Below, in pieces: positions 33,102 through 42,564 of a stretch of 49,440 nucleotides of DNA. Each line of letters begins with the position of its first letter. The first letter of the stretch is position 1. The notes beneath the pieces were generated by a model. It made no database searches and was not told the DNA's origin. It saw only the letters and a program-made list of their open reading frames with translations. This stretch comes from a virus. The position numbers and the translations under genes were made by a program. The stretch spans positions 1-49,440 of the IMG/VR virus record IMGVR_UViG_3300009446_000003; one strand, 5' to 3'.

Positions 33102-33734
33102 ATGATACACAAGTTAATTGACAAGAGCAATAAACGCCATACGGCAACTACGATTGCTAAAAGAGACGCATTAGTTAAGGGTGGAATGCGTATTGTTCCA
33201 GATACACCAAAAGAATTGAAAATAAACATTTTTGCTGAAGATGGTTTTTTGGATTTGTGCGAAAAATCCAAAATAGACCCTTCTGATATTAAGCCAACAG
33301 GTGATGGTGGTAAATTTTTACTTGAAGATGTTGAAACTCATATTCTAAAAATGTATAAAGAATATGAGAAAGTTAAAGCGGATAAGCTAAAGGCTAAGAA
33401 GAAAAAGGCTAAGAAGAAAGTTAAAGCGGATAAGACCAAAGGAACTGCTAAAGCGGATAAGACCAAAGGAACTGCTAAGACGGCTACTAAGACGACAGCT
33501 ACCAAAGGAACTGCTAAGACGGCTACTAAGACGACAGCTACCAAAGGAACTGCTAAAGCGGATAAGACCAAAGGAACTGCTAAGACGGCTACCAAGACGG
33601 CAGCTACCAAGACGGCAGCTACCAAGACGGCTACCAAGACGGCAGCTACCAAAGGAACAGCTACCAAAGGAACAGCTACCAAAGGAACAGCTACCAAAGG
33701 AACAGCTACCAAAGGAAGTGCAGAAACAGAGTAA
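33102..33734 (+). CDS. Protein with a PSBD/HeH-like motif and a C-terminal histone-H1-like K/T/A repeat tail
   Basis: IDPSDIKPTGDGGKFLLEDVETHI resembles the peripheral-subunit-binding/HeH pattern (l..v.GtGpgGrI.keDv). The C-terminal 110 aa is KADKTKGTAKTATKTTATKGTA repeats. Confidence 0.5.
   Translation: MIHKLIDKSNKRHTATTIAKRDALVKGGMRIVPDTPKELKINIFAEDGFLDLCEKSKIDPSDIKPTGDGGKFLLEDVETHILKMYKEYEKVKADKLKAKKKKAKKKVKADKTKGTAKADKTKGTAKTATKTTATKGTAKTATKTTATKGTAKADKTKGTAKTATKTAATKTAATKTATKTAATKGTATKGTATKGTATKGTATKGSAETE
33385..33715 (+). repeat. K/T/A coding repeat (third locus of this repeat family)
   Basis: GCTACCAAAGGAAC(A/T)GCT and AAGACGGC(A/T)(G/A)CTACC units, shared with 338-728 and 1966-2190. 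Confidence 0.8.
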
Positions 33735-33769
33735 AATTAAGATCAAGTGTTTAACAAAATTAATTAATA

Positions 33770-34066
33770 ATGAAGTTGAGAATTTATGCTTCTGGTTTAG
33801 ATACGGGTACTTTAACGGCAGAATTATCAGTAAAAGATGCTGAAAGACTTTTGCAGCTAAAACCTAATACATACAAGCGTTTAGAGATTCTTTTAAAAGG
33901 TCACCTGAATTTGGGAGTAGACAAAAAAGTATATAACTATATTTTGTCTAAAGATTTTAATGAAGATGATGTATTGTCTTTTAAGGATGAAGCCGAAAAG
34001 CAAAAATTAAAACTTAATAAAAAATTCATAGATGACTATATTGCAAACAGCAAAAGTGCTGAGTAA
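33770..34066 (+). CDS. Hypothetical protein
   Basis: 98-aa ORF. Confidence 0.45.
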   Translation: MKLRIYASGLDTGTLTAELSVKDAERLLQLKPNTYKRLEILLKGHLNLGVDKKVYNYILSKDFNEDDVLSFKDEAEKQKLKLNKKFIDDYIANSKSAE

Positions 34067-35000
34067 ATTAACGGGAAGAGAAGTAAATATTAGCGAATTT
34101 ACAAAACAAGGACCAGTAGGAAAAAATGGAAAATCAACTACTGAAGTCATTCTAAAAAAAGTTGAATCTATATTTAAGGAGTCAAGAAAAAAAGCAGTTG
34201 ACTCTGCAATATCAATTCTTAAATCAGATCATGATACCAAAATTGAAGCTTTAGGATCAAAAAAAACTTTGAATATTAAAAAGATTGCTAAAAAGATCAA
34301 AAGACAATCAGGAATTGATATTAATGTAAATTCAGTAGATGGATTAGATTCGTTATTATCTGAACTTGTTCCAATTTTGAAAACAAAAAAGTCGGATTTA
34401 AAAAAAATGACCAATGTTGAGAAAAATCCAAAATACATTAAATTGTTAGGTGAAAAAACTGAGCTTCAGAAAAAAATTGATCTTAAGATAAAGAATGATT
34501 CAGCTAAACAATTGCAAAAAAAGAAAAGTGATCTTTTCAAGACTCTTTATAAAAAAGACATAAGAAAAGAATTTGATATTACTGGTGTAAAAGATAAACA
34601 GGAAAGGATTCAGAATTTACAAGACATATATTTCAAAAATAATCCACACGATTTTGTTGGAAATGAATTGGTTCCCATTGATCCTAGTACTGGAAAACCT
34701 AAGATTCATGAAGATTCAGGTACAAATTTAACTTCTATAAAATCTTTCGAAATGTTTTTAGAAGATAGATATAATAAAAAAGACACTTCTATAAAAGGTG
34801 TTAACAACAAATCTGAGCAAGGTCAGAAAAAAGCTACAAACTCAAAAGGTAAAGGAAAATTAGCTTTTGAGTTTAAGTCTAAAAAAGAATACGATGAAGC
34901 TGAAGATAACGGCAAACTTGAAGGATTAAAGGAACATCAAATTGAAGCCCTTGAAAAAGCTTATGAAGATTTGCCAGACACATTAGAAGATTCTGAATAG
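34032..35000 (+). CDS. Putative scaffolding protein (highly charged, Lys/Glu-rich, helical)
   Basis: 322 aa, low-complexity charged composition, immediately upstream of the capsid candidate. Start uncertain (ATG at 34032 overlaps the upstream gene; in-frame GTG at 34056). Confidence 0.35.
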   Translation: MTILQTAKVLSKLTGREVNISEFTKQGPVGKNGKSTTEVILKKVESIFKESRKKAVDSAISILKSDHDTKIEALGSKKTLNIKKIAKKIKRQSGIDINVNSVDGLDSLLSELVPILKTKKSDLKKMTNVEKNPKYIKLLGEKTELQKKIDLKIKNDSAKQLQKKKSDLFKTLYKKDIRKEFDITGVKDKQERIQNLQDIYFKNNPHDFVGNELVPIDPSTGKPKIHEDSGTNLTSIKSFEMFLEDRYNKKDTSIKGVNNKSEQGQKKATNSKGKGKLAFEFKSKKEYDEAEDNGKLEGLKEHQIEALEKAYEDLPDTLEDSE

Positions 35001-35048
35001 TTGCATTTAAAAATAAATAAATATTAAATAAACAAAATTAAACAAATT

Positions 35049-36242
35049 ATGACGGCTATAAAAATAGAGCTAGGCTCTAATTGCAAGTACTCACCTAAAA
35101 AAGTTAAGCGCGTCATGGGCGCAGTTTTCAAAAAATACAAAGATAAAGATTATTTGAAATCAAGCTTCCCTGAGTTCACTAAGTTATCAAATTCATCATC
35201 TATGGTCGTTGATCCTGAAATGATGGACGGTTTATTTATTTGCCCTTCAAACTCTGAATTAAAACTATGGACTGCCAATATTGACGGCTGTATAGTTCCA
35301 ATTCGAGAGTGTGGGGAAATTACAATAAATGCTAATGGTGAATGTCACTCTGTTCAAGATGATGGTATTAAATTGAAAGAGGAATGTGCTATTTTGACAG
35401 GTAGTTTTTGCTTTGAAACTCACTCTATAACAATAGATGAGACTAAGTGCAAAAAAACAAACTTAGACATGACTGAAATCATTTCTCTAACGCTTGACAC
35501 GTTGAGAAAAAGTGCAGACTTGGAATTATCAAAAGTTATGTATAATTGCTTAGAGGAAAGTATTGATATACTGTCAATAGAAGAAGAAAATAAATTCAAT
35601 CAGCTAATGGCTGGTACTGGTGTTGTTTTTGGAGATGGTTGCATTCAGGTTCCTAATGGAATCACACAGGAAATTCTTTTGAAGTTATGCATAGCTGACG
35701 AACACCTTTGTTTGAATTTACTAGATAGAATGATTATTGATTCTAATAATTTTTTAGAATATTCAATAATTAAAGACAGTACCGAGAAGGGTACTTGCTG
35801 TAATTACTACAGTGTCATGGATAAATACGGTGAGTACTGTAAAGGTTCAAAGGCATTTAGTAAGTATAATAAATCAGAAACTTATTTTGTTAGTCCTGGT
35901 CACATTAATTATGTAAACTACACTGGTGTATCAAATACACTTGCTAGTCCTGAGTTGCTTAGAAGTAATATCCAAAACAAATTGTTTAGATTTGTTATAC
36001 CTTCACAAGTGCAAACTTGGAGAAAAAACTCTAATGGTACAAGTTCAGTTGTTCCTGTGCTGTATACAGTTGATTGGGAAACTAAGTGCTTACAGGGCAA
36101 TGTTCATGACAAAAAGCATTGTATTAAACTTACGCATGAGGGTGGAATTTACCAGTCTCCTAGCTACAAGAATTTATTTGGAGAAAAAGAGCATTGCGGA
36201 GCTTTTAAGATGATAAATCTTGCTAATTTGAAAGCGGCTTAA
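35049..36242 (+). CDS. Putative major capsid protein (Cys-rich, 18 Cys in 397 aa)
   Basis: Size and position after the scaffold-like gene. No motif-level support. Confidence 0.35.
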   Translation: MTAIKIELGSNCKYSPKKVKRVMGAVFKKYKDKDYLKSSFPEFTKLSNSSSMVVDPEMMDGLFICPSNSELKLWTANIDGCIVPIRECGEITINANGECHSVQDDGIKLKEECAILTGSFCFETHSITIDETKCKKTNLDMTEIISLTLDTLRKSADLELSKVMYNCLEESIDILSIEEENKFNQLMAGTGVVFGDGCIQVPNGITQEILLKLCIADEHLCLNLLDRMIIDSNNFLEYSIIKDSTEKGTCCNYYSVMDKYGEYCKGSKAFSKYNKSETYFVSPGHINYVNYTGVSNTLASPELLRSNIQNKLFRFVIPSQVQTWRKNSNGTSSVVPVLYTVDWETKCLQGNVHDKKHCIKLTHEGGIYQSPSYKNLFGEKEHCGAFKMINLANLKAA

Positions 36243-36276
36243 TAATGTATTATTAATATAAAAAAATTGACTACTC

Positions 36277-37440
36277 ATGTGTATAGATTGTTGGACTGGA
36301 ATTGTTGGGATAACTAAGGCGTATAAATGCAAAACCAAAAAGCTGCCTAAAGGTTACAATATAAGCATGAGTGGTCAATATTTAGTCGATGGTGAAGAAG
36401 GTATCGGAAACCTTATTGAGATACCAAAAAAAATTGGCGGTGTAGTTTGGGATACAATAACTACGATGAAGCCTGAAGCAGTCATGGACCTTCGCTTGCT
36501 TTTGTTGAAAGAATTGTCTAATAAATCAAATGCATCTGATTATAGTGAACATAGACTTGGAATTGAACCTGATGATGGTGTTTGTGTTTGTGAAACTAAT
36601 AAAACTGGAAGATATACAGTAATTAAGATAAATCCATTAAAACATGATGGAAGGATTTGGGATATTAGTAAGTTGGGATTGCGTTTAGATGAAGTAGGTT
36701 TTTACAATGTAAAAATATACGAAAAACGACAATACGATTTGTGTAAATTAGACTGTGCTATTTTTGAGGATGAAATTGAGATAACAGAACCTTATGGATT
36801 AGGTTATATTACTGGTGATACTTTTGAACTTTTTGATGGAATCAGCAGGGGGAAGGGTTATGTTATTGTAGTAGACACAGGGGAAGCGTTGCCTGTTAAA
36901 ACATATATCAGAAAACCGCCATGTTGCGGAAGGTCTGAGCCACATTTAGCAACATGGGAAAATGAACTGGAAATAACTGCATTTATCACTGATGATTTAT
37001 GTGAAACTACAACTAAGTGTTGTACTGATAATACTACAGGGGGGGTTTTCATGAACTTTTCTTTGTGTTGTGACATTTTGCATTTTATATGTGATAAAGA
37101 TGCTTCGTTTTTTTCTGGAACATTACTTGGTACTAATATCGCAAGAGCATTAAAAATGCTTTGGGCATCTAAGATACTATTTAATACATACACAAATGAT
37201 GAACTTTTTAATGCTGCAACATTTGGAGAAGAAAGAGGTAAGGGAGTTGGCAAGGCAAAAATGTTAAGAAATAGAGTAATTCAAAGAGAAACAAAATCCG
37301 ATGGTACACAAATAATGAGTCTAATTGAATGCATATGCATGGATATTCAAAATTTAGGACTTGATTGTTTTGAATATGAATCACAAATTCAATATTCGCA
37401 ATTAAATACCAAAAAACGAGTTAGCGGTAACGCTTTTTAA
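36277..37440 (+). CDS. Structural protein (second capsid/virion candidate, Cys-rich)
   Basis: 387-aa ORF in the late block. Confidence 0.35.
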   Translation: MCIDCWTGIVGITKAYKCKTKKLPKGYNISMSGQYLVDGEEGIGNLIEIPKKIGGVVWDTITTMKPEAVMDLRLLLLKELSNKSNASDYSEHRLGIEPDDGVCVCETNKTGRYTVIKINPLKHDGRIWDISKLGLRLDEVGFYNVKIYEKRQYDLCKLDCAIFEDEIEITEPYGLGYITGDTFELFDGISRGKGYVIVVDTGEALPVKTYIRKPPCCGRSEPHLATWENELEITAFITDDLCETTTKCCTDNTTGGVFMNFSLCCDILHFICDKDASFFSGTLLGTNIARALKMLWASKILFNTYTNDELFNAATFGEERGKGVGKAKMLRNRVIQRETKSDGTQIMSLIECICMDIQNLGLDCFEYESQIQYSQLNTKKRVSGNAF

Positions 37441-37478
37441 ACAAACAAATATTTATATAATTTAAAAAAAAATAGATA

Positions 37479-38030
37479 ATGTCAAATTTAGGAATTAAGC
37501 CATTTGGTCACGGAACTAAATCAAGAAGAAATACAAGGATAACAACCGATAATTTAGACCCAAATATATTTGGTCTTGTTCAAATGCCAGACGGAGAGGT
37601 TTGCAATATTGTAACAACAAAAAGAATAAATGCATGTATAAATGAAACATGTGCCAGTGAACCAGACAAGGCACTTGGTGATCCTGCAACTGCCAAAGTA
37701 ACTAGTCAATTCAAGTTGTCGGAAACTTATTGGACCTTGTACCCAAATGCACTTGTTTTTGTGCATTACATAGATGCTGTAAATGTTTACTTTTTTAATT
37801 GTGCGACAAATCAATTAGAGCTTTGTCTTTGTGTTGATAGGTATGATAACGCAGGTGATCTAACTTTGAGTTATAACAAGCATAATCCAGATTATTTGAA
37901 AAATATGATTGAAACATGTTTTAAGGAAATGATGGAAAGAATAGGCATTCCAATTGATCCTGTTACTAGTGCAACTGGTGCAACTGCTGTCAAAAACAGT
38001 GTTCTTAACAAATTAACTGAAAAATCTTAA
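37479..38030 (+). CDS. Hypothetical structural-module protein
   Basis: 183-aa ORF preceded by AAACAAACAAATATTTATATAATTTAAAAAAAAATAGATA. Confidence 0.45.
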   Translation: MSNLGIKPFGHGTKSRRNTRITTDNLDPNIFGLVQMPDGEVCNIVTTKRINACINETCASEPDKALGDPATAKVTSQFKLSETYWTLYPNALVFVHYIDAVNVYFFNCATNQLELCLCVDRYDNAGDLTLSYNKHNPDYLKNMIETCFKEMMERIGIPIDPVTSATGATAVKNSVLNKLTEKS

Positions 38031-38035
38031 AATTT

Positions 38036-40684
38036 ATGAAGTATTTATTTAAATTATTACTATTTGTTTGTGCATTCAATTCTATGAATGCACAAACTTT
38101 TTTGGTAAATGAATGGTATAGTATAGATTGCGCAAAAGGGTATGAGACAAATATATTATATTTTTGTCTATGTGAAGATGTAGAAGAAATGTATATTGAT
38201 TCTGTAAAAGTTGAACCTGTTCAAAGTGTTGTGAATTGGGCGTACTTAGCTAACTTGCCTGAAGTTGATTTTAGTTTTAATGGAATTACTCAAACTGGAC
38301 ATGTTATAACTTACAAGGCACTTGATTGTATTTATAGGGTAGGATTTGTAATTGATGATAATTGTGCGCCATTATGTTATGATTGTCCAAAAGGTGAATC
38401 TTGTAGTTGTGAGTGTGATAATATCATTCCTTGCAATACTGATTGCAGTACTGGAAACCTTGAAGTTTTTGACAATGAAATTTGTGAATGTGTTTTATAT
38501 CAAATTTCAAGTAATGGATGCACTGATATAACTGCTTGTAATTATGACCCATTTTCTAACTGTGATGATGGTTCTTGTATCTATGAATCAAATTTTCAAT
38601 GTAATACCGATTGCAGTACTGGAAACCTTGAAGTTTTCTCTAATGAGCAATGTGATTGTATATTGTTAGAAGTCTCTGTATTTGGCTGCAATGACGCTAC
38701 TGCTTGTAATTATGATCCATTGGCTAATTGTGACGATGCTTCTTGTAATTTTGGCAATACTGCTTGTCCAGACCCTTGCAATGTCTTATTTGGCTGCAAT
38801 GACGCTGCTGCTTGCAATTATGATCCATCTGCTAATTGTGACGATGGTTCTTGCAATTTTGGCAATACTGCTTGTCCAGACCCTTGCAATGTCTTATTTG
38901 GCTGCAATGACGCTGATGCTTGTAATTATGATCCATTGGCTAATTGTGACGATGGTTCTTGTAATTTTGGCAATACTGCTTGTCCAGACCCTTGCAATGT
39001 CTTATTTGGCTGCAATGACGCTGCTGCTTGCAATTATGATCCATTGGCTAATTGTGACGATGGTTCTTGCAATTTTGGCAATACTGCTTGTTCGGACCCT
39101 TGCAATGTCTTATTTGGCTGCAATGACGCTGCTGCTTGTAATTATGATCCATCTGCTAATTGTGACGATGGTTCTTGCAATTTTGGCAATACTGCTTGTC
39201 CAGACCCTTGTAATGTCTTACTTGGCTGCAATGACGCTGCTGCTTGTAATTATGATCCATCTGCTAATTGTGACGATGGTTCTTGCAATTTTGGCGATGG
39301 CTGCAATGACGCTGCTGCTTGCAATTATGATCCATCTGCTAATTGTGATGATGGTTCTTGTGTTTATTGTCCAATCGGGGGAATTTGTGAAAATGGTGAT
39401 TGTTTTTGCCCAGATTGCAATACTGATATTTTAGTTAATGGCATAAGTACATGTGTCAATGTATGTGGTAGCACTTCTGACTCATTGAATTGTCCAGATT
39501 TTTGTGAATCTTTTACATGTCCAGATGGCAGTTTAGTAGTTGATTGCTTTGAGTGCTATTGTGTTGATCTTGAATTGTTTGTTGATTTTTCTACCTCAAT
39601 GTCTTTTGAGGGAATTACTGGACAGACATTGATGGCTGAAACACTTCAGGGTGTTGGTCAATTGATACAAAATTTAGGAATAAATTATCCTAATAAATTT
39701 TCATTAACGGTTTACTCTTATTCTAGTCAAGAGCATGCAGGTATTCTACTTGAATGCGTAATTGTTAATGAAAATAATAAGGATGAACTTTCTGATTTTT
39801 TCGTTACTGAAATATGTAATGATATTACTGCATACATACCAAATTGCGGTGTAAATAGCTCGTGTACCTGCGGAAATACATATCCATTTTATGCTTTGCA
39901 ATTAGCAGAGCCTTACGAGGGTTGTGTTAATTGTACAGATGAAAGTACAATACCAATGTTATTGATCATGACAGATGGTTCGTTTAACGAAAGTTCTTCC
40001 ATGATTAATACTGTAGAAAATTGGTTTAATAATTTGCCAGTCGCTCAACAAATAAATGCACAAACAGTAGGTATACAATTTGCTAGTGATGAAGAATGTG
40101 ATGTAAGTGACGGAATGAAGGCATTTGGAAGTTATTACGGCGGACCTAGTGTTTATTGTGGAAATGATATTAATGATCTTTTTTCTAATGCAATAGAGCT
40201 GTTGTGTAATAATAAATGTGTTCAATATCAAGATTTACTTGTTTGTAACCCTTGTGATGATGGAGAGCTTTTTTTAAATGGTATATGTAGTGAAAATAAA
40301 AGATTAAAAAATGGTAATTGCAGTCATTATTTTAGTGGATATGAAACTTCTACTGAGTATTGTGTAAATGAATTTATAAATATTGAATGTTCAAATTATA
40401 GTATTGATGAAATTTGTTATTCAAAATGTAGTTGTGAGGATTCGTTTAAAATTCCATTTTCTAATACAAGAAGCGATGGCTTTTTAGAAGTGTCAGTTTG
40501 CGCTCCAATATGTGATATTGGTAAATATTGGAATTTTGTCACAAATAATTGTGAATTTATTTGTGAAGAGGGTTATATGATTTACGTAAATGGAGAATGC
40601 AAGCAATTTATTGATTGTAATGATGAAAATTGTATTAATATTGTAAATGATTCTATTAATAAAAAATGTTACTGTAATGATTAG
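38036..40684 (+). CDS. Secreted, extremely Cys-rich protein with tandem CNYD...CDDGSC modules and a vWA-like domain (MIDAS DFSTS)
   Basis: Signal peptide MKYLFKLLLFVCAFNSMNA|Q. At least 8 copies of GC(N/T)DxxACNYDPxxNCDDGSC, six of them as 36-aa exact-period repeats. FVDFSTSMS matches DxSxS. About 105 Cys by rough eye count. Confidence 0.7.
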   Translation: MKYLFKLLLFVCAFNSMNAQTFLVNEWYSIDCAKGYETNILYFCLCEDVEEMYIDSVKVEPVQSVVNWAYLANLPEVDFSFNGITQTGHVITYKALDCIYRVGFVIDDNCAPLCYDCPKGESCSCECDNIIPCNTDCSTGNLEVFDNEICECVLYQISSNGCTDITACNYDPFSNCDDGSCIYESNFQCNTDCSTGNLEVFSNEQCDCILLEVSVFGCNDATACNYDPLANCDDASCNFGNTACPDPCNVLFGCNDAAACNYDPSANCDDGSCNFGNTACPDPCNVLFGCNDADACNYDPLANCDDGSCNFGNTACPDPCNVLFGCNDAAACNYDPLANCDDGSCNFGNTACSDPCNVLFGCNDAAACNYDPSANCDDGSCNFGNTACPDPCNVLLGCNDAAACNYDPSANCDDGSCNFGDGCNDAAACNYDPSANCDDGSCVYCPIGGICENGDCFCPDCNTDILVNGISTCVNVCGSTSDSLNCPDFCESFTCPDGSLVVDCFECYCVDLELFVDFSTSMSFEGITGQTLMAETLQGVGQLIQNLGINYPNKFSLTVYSYSSQEHAGILLECVIVNENNKDELSDFFVTEICNDITAYIPNCGVNSSCTCGNTYPFYALQLAEPYEGCVNCTDESTIPMLLIMTDGSFNESSSMINTVENWFNNLPVAQQINAQTVGIQFASDEECDVSDGMKAFGSYYGGPSVYCGNDINDLFSNAIELLCNNKCVQYQDLLVCNPCDDGELFLNGICSENKRLKNGNCSHYFSGYETSTEYCVNEFINIECSNYSIDEICYSKCSCEDSFKIPFSNTRSDGFLEVSVCAPICDIGKYWNFVTNNCEFICEEGYMIYVNGECKQFIDCNDENCINIVNDSINKKCYCND
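38681..39365 (+). repeat. 108-bp in-frame tandem repeat, about 6.3 copies
   Basis: TTTGGCTGCAATGACGCT... recurs at 38681, 38789, 38897, 39005, 39113 and 39221, with a truncated unit at ~39294. Confidence 0.9.
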
Positions 40685-41156
40685 ATATTTATTTATTTGT
40701 TTATTTATTTGTTTATTTATTTGTTTATCTTGTAGTGTTAATGCACAAACAGAAGTTGACGAATACATAAACATTACTTGTTATACTGAGAATGCAAAAT
40801 TTGATTTGAATACATTTTGTACTTGCAAGGAAATTGGTATGATAACAATAGGAGGTGAGCAATGTCATGTTTGCTTTAGTCAATATACTCCTGAGCTTTT
40901 GTACAATAATTACCAAATGGAATATTTTACATATAAAGATATTCCCATTTTTGGATATGTTGTAAATTATGATTGCAGTGCGAATTGCAAAACGGATAAA
41001 TGCACATACAATATAGGTGTTGTTTTATCAAACTGCAATTTGATTACAAGCTGTCCAGAGGGAAAGGAACCTAAATGCACCTGTGACGTGCCTTTATGTA
41101 ACGTAGAATGTAAAAACGGTGGTGTTTGCAATGACAGAAAATGCCTTTGCAGATAG
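40677..41156 (+). CDS. Secreted Cys-rich protein
   Basis: ATG at 40677 overlaps the upstream stop (ATGATTAG). Signal peptide MIRYLFICLFICLFICLSCSVNA|Q. Confidence 0.6.
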   Translation: MIRYLFICLFICLFICLSCSVNAQTEVDEYINITCYTENAKFDLNTFCTCKEIGMITIGGEQCHVCFSQYTPELLYNNYQMEYFTYKDIPIFGYVVNYDCSANCKTDKCTYNIGVVLSNCNLITSCPEGKEPKCTCDVPLCNVECKNGGVCNDRKCLCR

Positions 41157-41190
41157 TCACATATTTATAAACAAACAAACAAATATTACT

Positions 41191-42525
41191 ATGAAATTTT
41201 ATTTATTATTGTTGTCTTTTTTATTATTATTTTTCGATGCTAATGCACAAGATCAAGGGCAAACAATTGAAGTTAATGGTTGCACTATTGTAGCCACAAA
41301 CACATCAGGTTCAGCCTGTTATCTTACGCCATGCTTTACTTATCAAGTCGTAAATGGAATACTTACCGTTTATGATGCTTCGATGCAACCATTGACTTTT
41401 ACTGAAGGTTCATTGGGGTGTCCAATTGATTCTATGATAAGAGTTTTGAACGATGTAAACAGATATTGCTGCTTTGGATTTTGTGATGATTGCGGTGAAT
41501 TGTTGGGAATATCCGAAAAACCAATTACGCCAACTGAATGCGATCCTATCGCTTGCGCATTGGTTAGATGTGCTGAAGGCTTCGAGCCTAAATGCAAAGA
41601 TGGTACTTGCATTTGTTCACCTATTCCAGAGCCAGAGGTTTACAAATCTGCAAATATTTCAAAAAATGCATCCGAAAACTTTTACAATGGCATTGATTCA
41701 GAGGTTATTTATACTATAGAAGTCTGTAATGATGGAACTGAATTTATTAACAATATAAATGTTTCTGAATACATACCTAGTGAATTATTATATAACTCTC
41801 ATTCTGTTGAAGGTCAAAATAATCATCCAACATTTAACCCTTCAACTGGAATTTGGAGCGTATCAAATCTATTTGCTGGACAATGTAGGGTTTTGTCATT
41901 ATCTTTTATAACAACTGTTGCTAAAGTAAATATAACTAATATGGCAATTATGGAAGTTTTAGATAACGGTCAAGTTGATACTGTTTTGAATATAATTCCA
42001 GATTTGCCATGCAAATTTTGCAGTCAATCAAACACATGGGACAATAACAGTAATATAGATGGAACTGGTCCTCCTGTTGTAATCGGTGGTTATATTAATT
42101 ATCCTAGTTGGGCGTTTGAAAGACCTTCAGGACAAATTGGCGTTGGTACAGGTGAATATAAATTTGATTATTATATTTATTGCAATGATACATGTTATTT
42201 AGATAATGTAAATTTTTCTATATCAAATACTCCTAATTTTTGGGTTTCTACTGCTGATGAAATTAATAAAATACTATCATTATTAACTGGTGATAACTGG
42301 TATTTTGGAAGCTCACAACAAAGTATTGATAATAATGATAATACTGCTAAATATTCAGTTTCCAGTACATCATGTGGGTGTAATTTAGAAGGGTTTGGGT
42401 TTTCTGAAATTGGATCAAGTGAATTGATGCATGTTAGTGTAAATAGCCACTTGCATAAAAGTTGTGAAAGTATAGGGATTAGCACAAAACCTACTTGCAA
42501 GATAGGTGGACCAACAAGAAATTAA
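41191..42525 (+). CDS. Secreted Cys-rich protein with a DUF11-like (conserved repeat domain) segment
   Basis: Signal peptide MKFYLLLLSFLLLFFDANA|Q. VIYTIEVCNDGTEFINNINVSEYIPSELLY...GIWSVSNLFAGQCRVLSL resembles the DUF11 pattern. Confidence 0.6.
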   Translation: MKFYLLLLSFLLLFFDANAQDQGQTIEVNGCTIVATNTSGSACYLTPCFTYQVVNGILTVYDASMQPLTFTEGSLGCPIDSMIRVLNDVNRYCCFGFCDDCGELLGISEKPITPTECDPIACALVRCAEGFEPKCKDGTCICSPIPEPEVYKSANISKNASENFYNGIDSEVIYTIEVCNDGTEFINNINVSEYIPSELLYNSHSVEGQNNHPTFNPSTGIWSVSNLFAGQCRVLSLSFITTVAKVNITNMAIMEVLDNGQVDTVLNIIPDLPCKFCSQSNTWDNNSNIDGTGPPVVIGGYINYPSWAFERPSGQIGVGTGEYKFDYYIYCNDTCYLDNVNFSISNTPNFWVSTADEINKILSLLTGDNWYFGSSQQSIDNNDNTAKYSVSSTSCGCNLEGFGFSEIGSSELMHVSVNSHLHKSCESIGISTKPTCKIGGPTRN

Positions 42526-42564
42526 ACAAACAAATATTTATTTTATAAAATTAAAGTTAGAGAG

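Noticed and set aside
33338-33746. Antisense ORFs 33338..33712 (-) and 33387..33746 (-)
   Set aside because: The same repeat artefact, over the third K/T/A repeat locus.
38682-39434. 250-aa alternative-frame ORF 38682..39434 (+) across the 108-bp repeats
   Set aside because: Periodic low-complexity product (MAAMTLLLVIMIH...) in a frame kept open by the tandem repeat. The main frame has a signal peptide, conserved Cys spacing and a continuing vWA domain.
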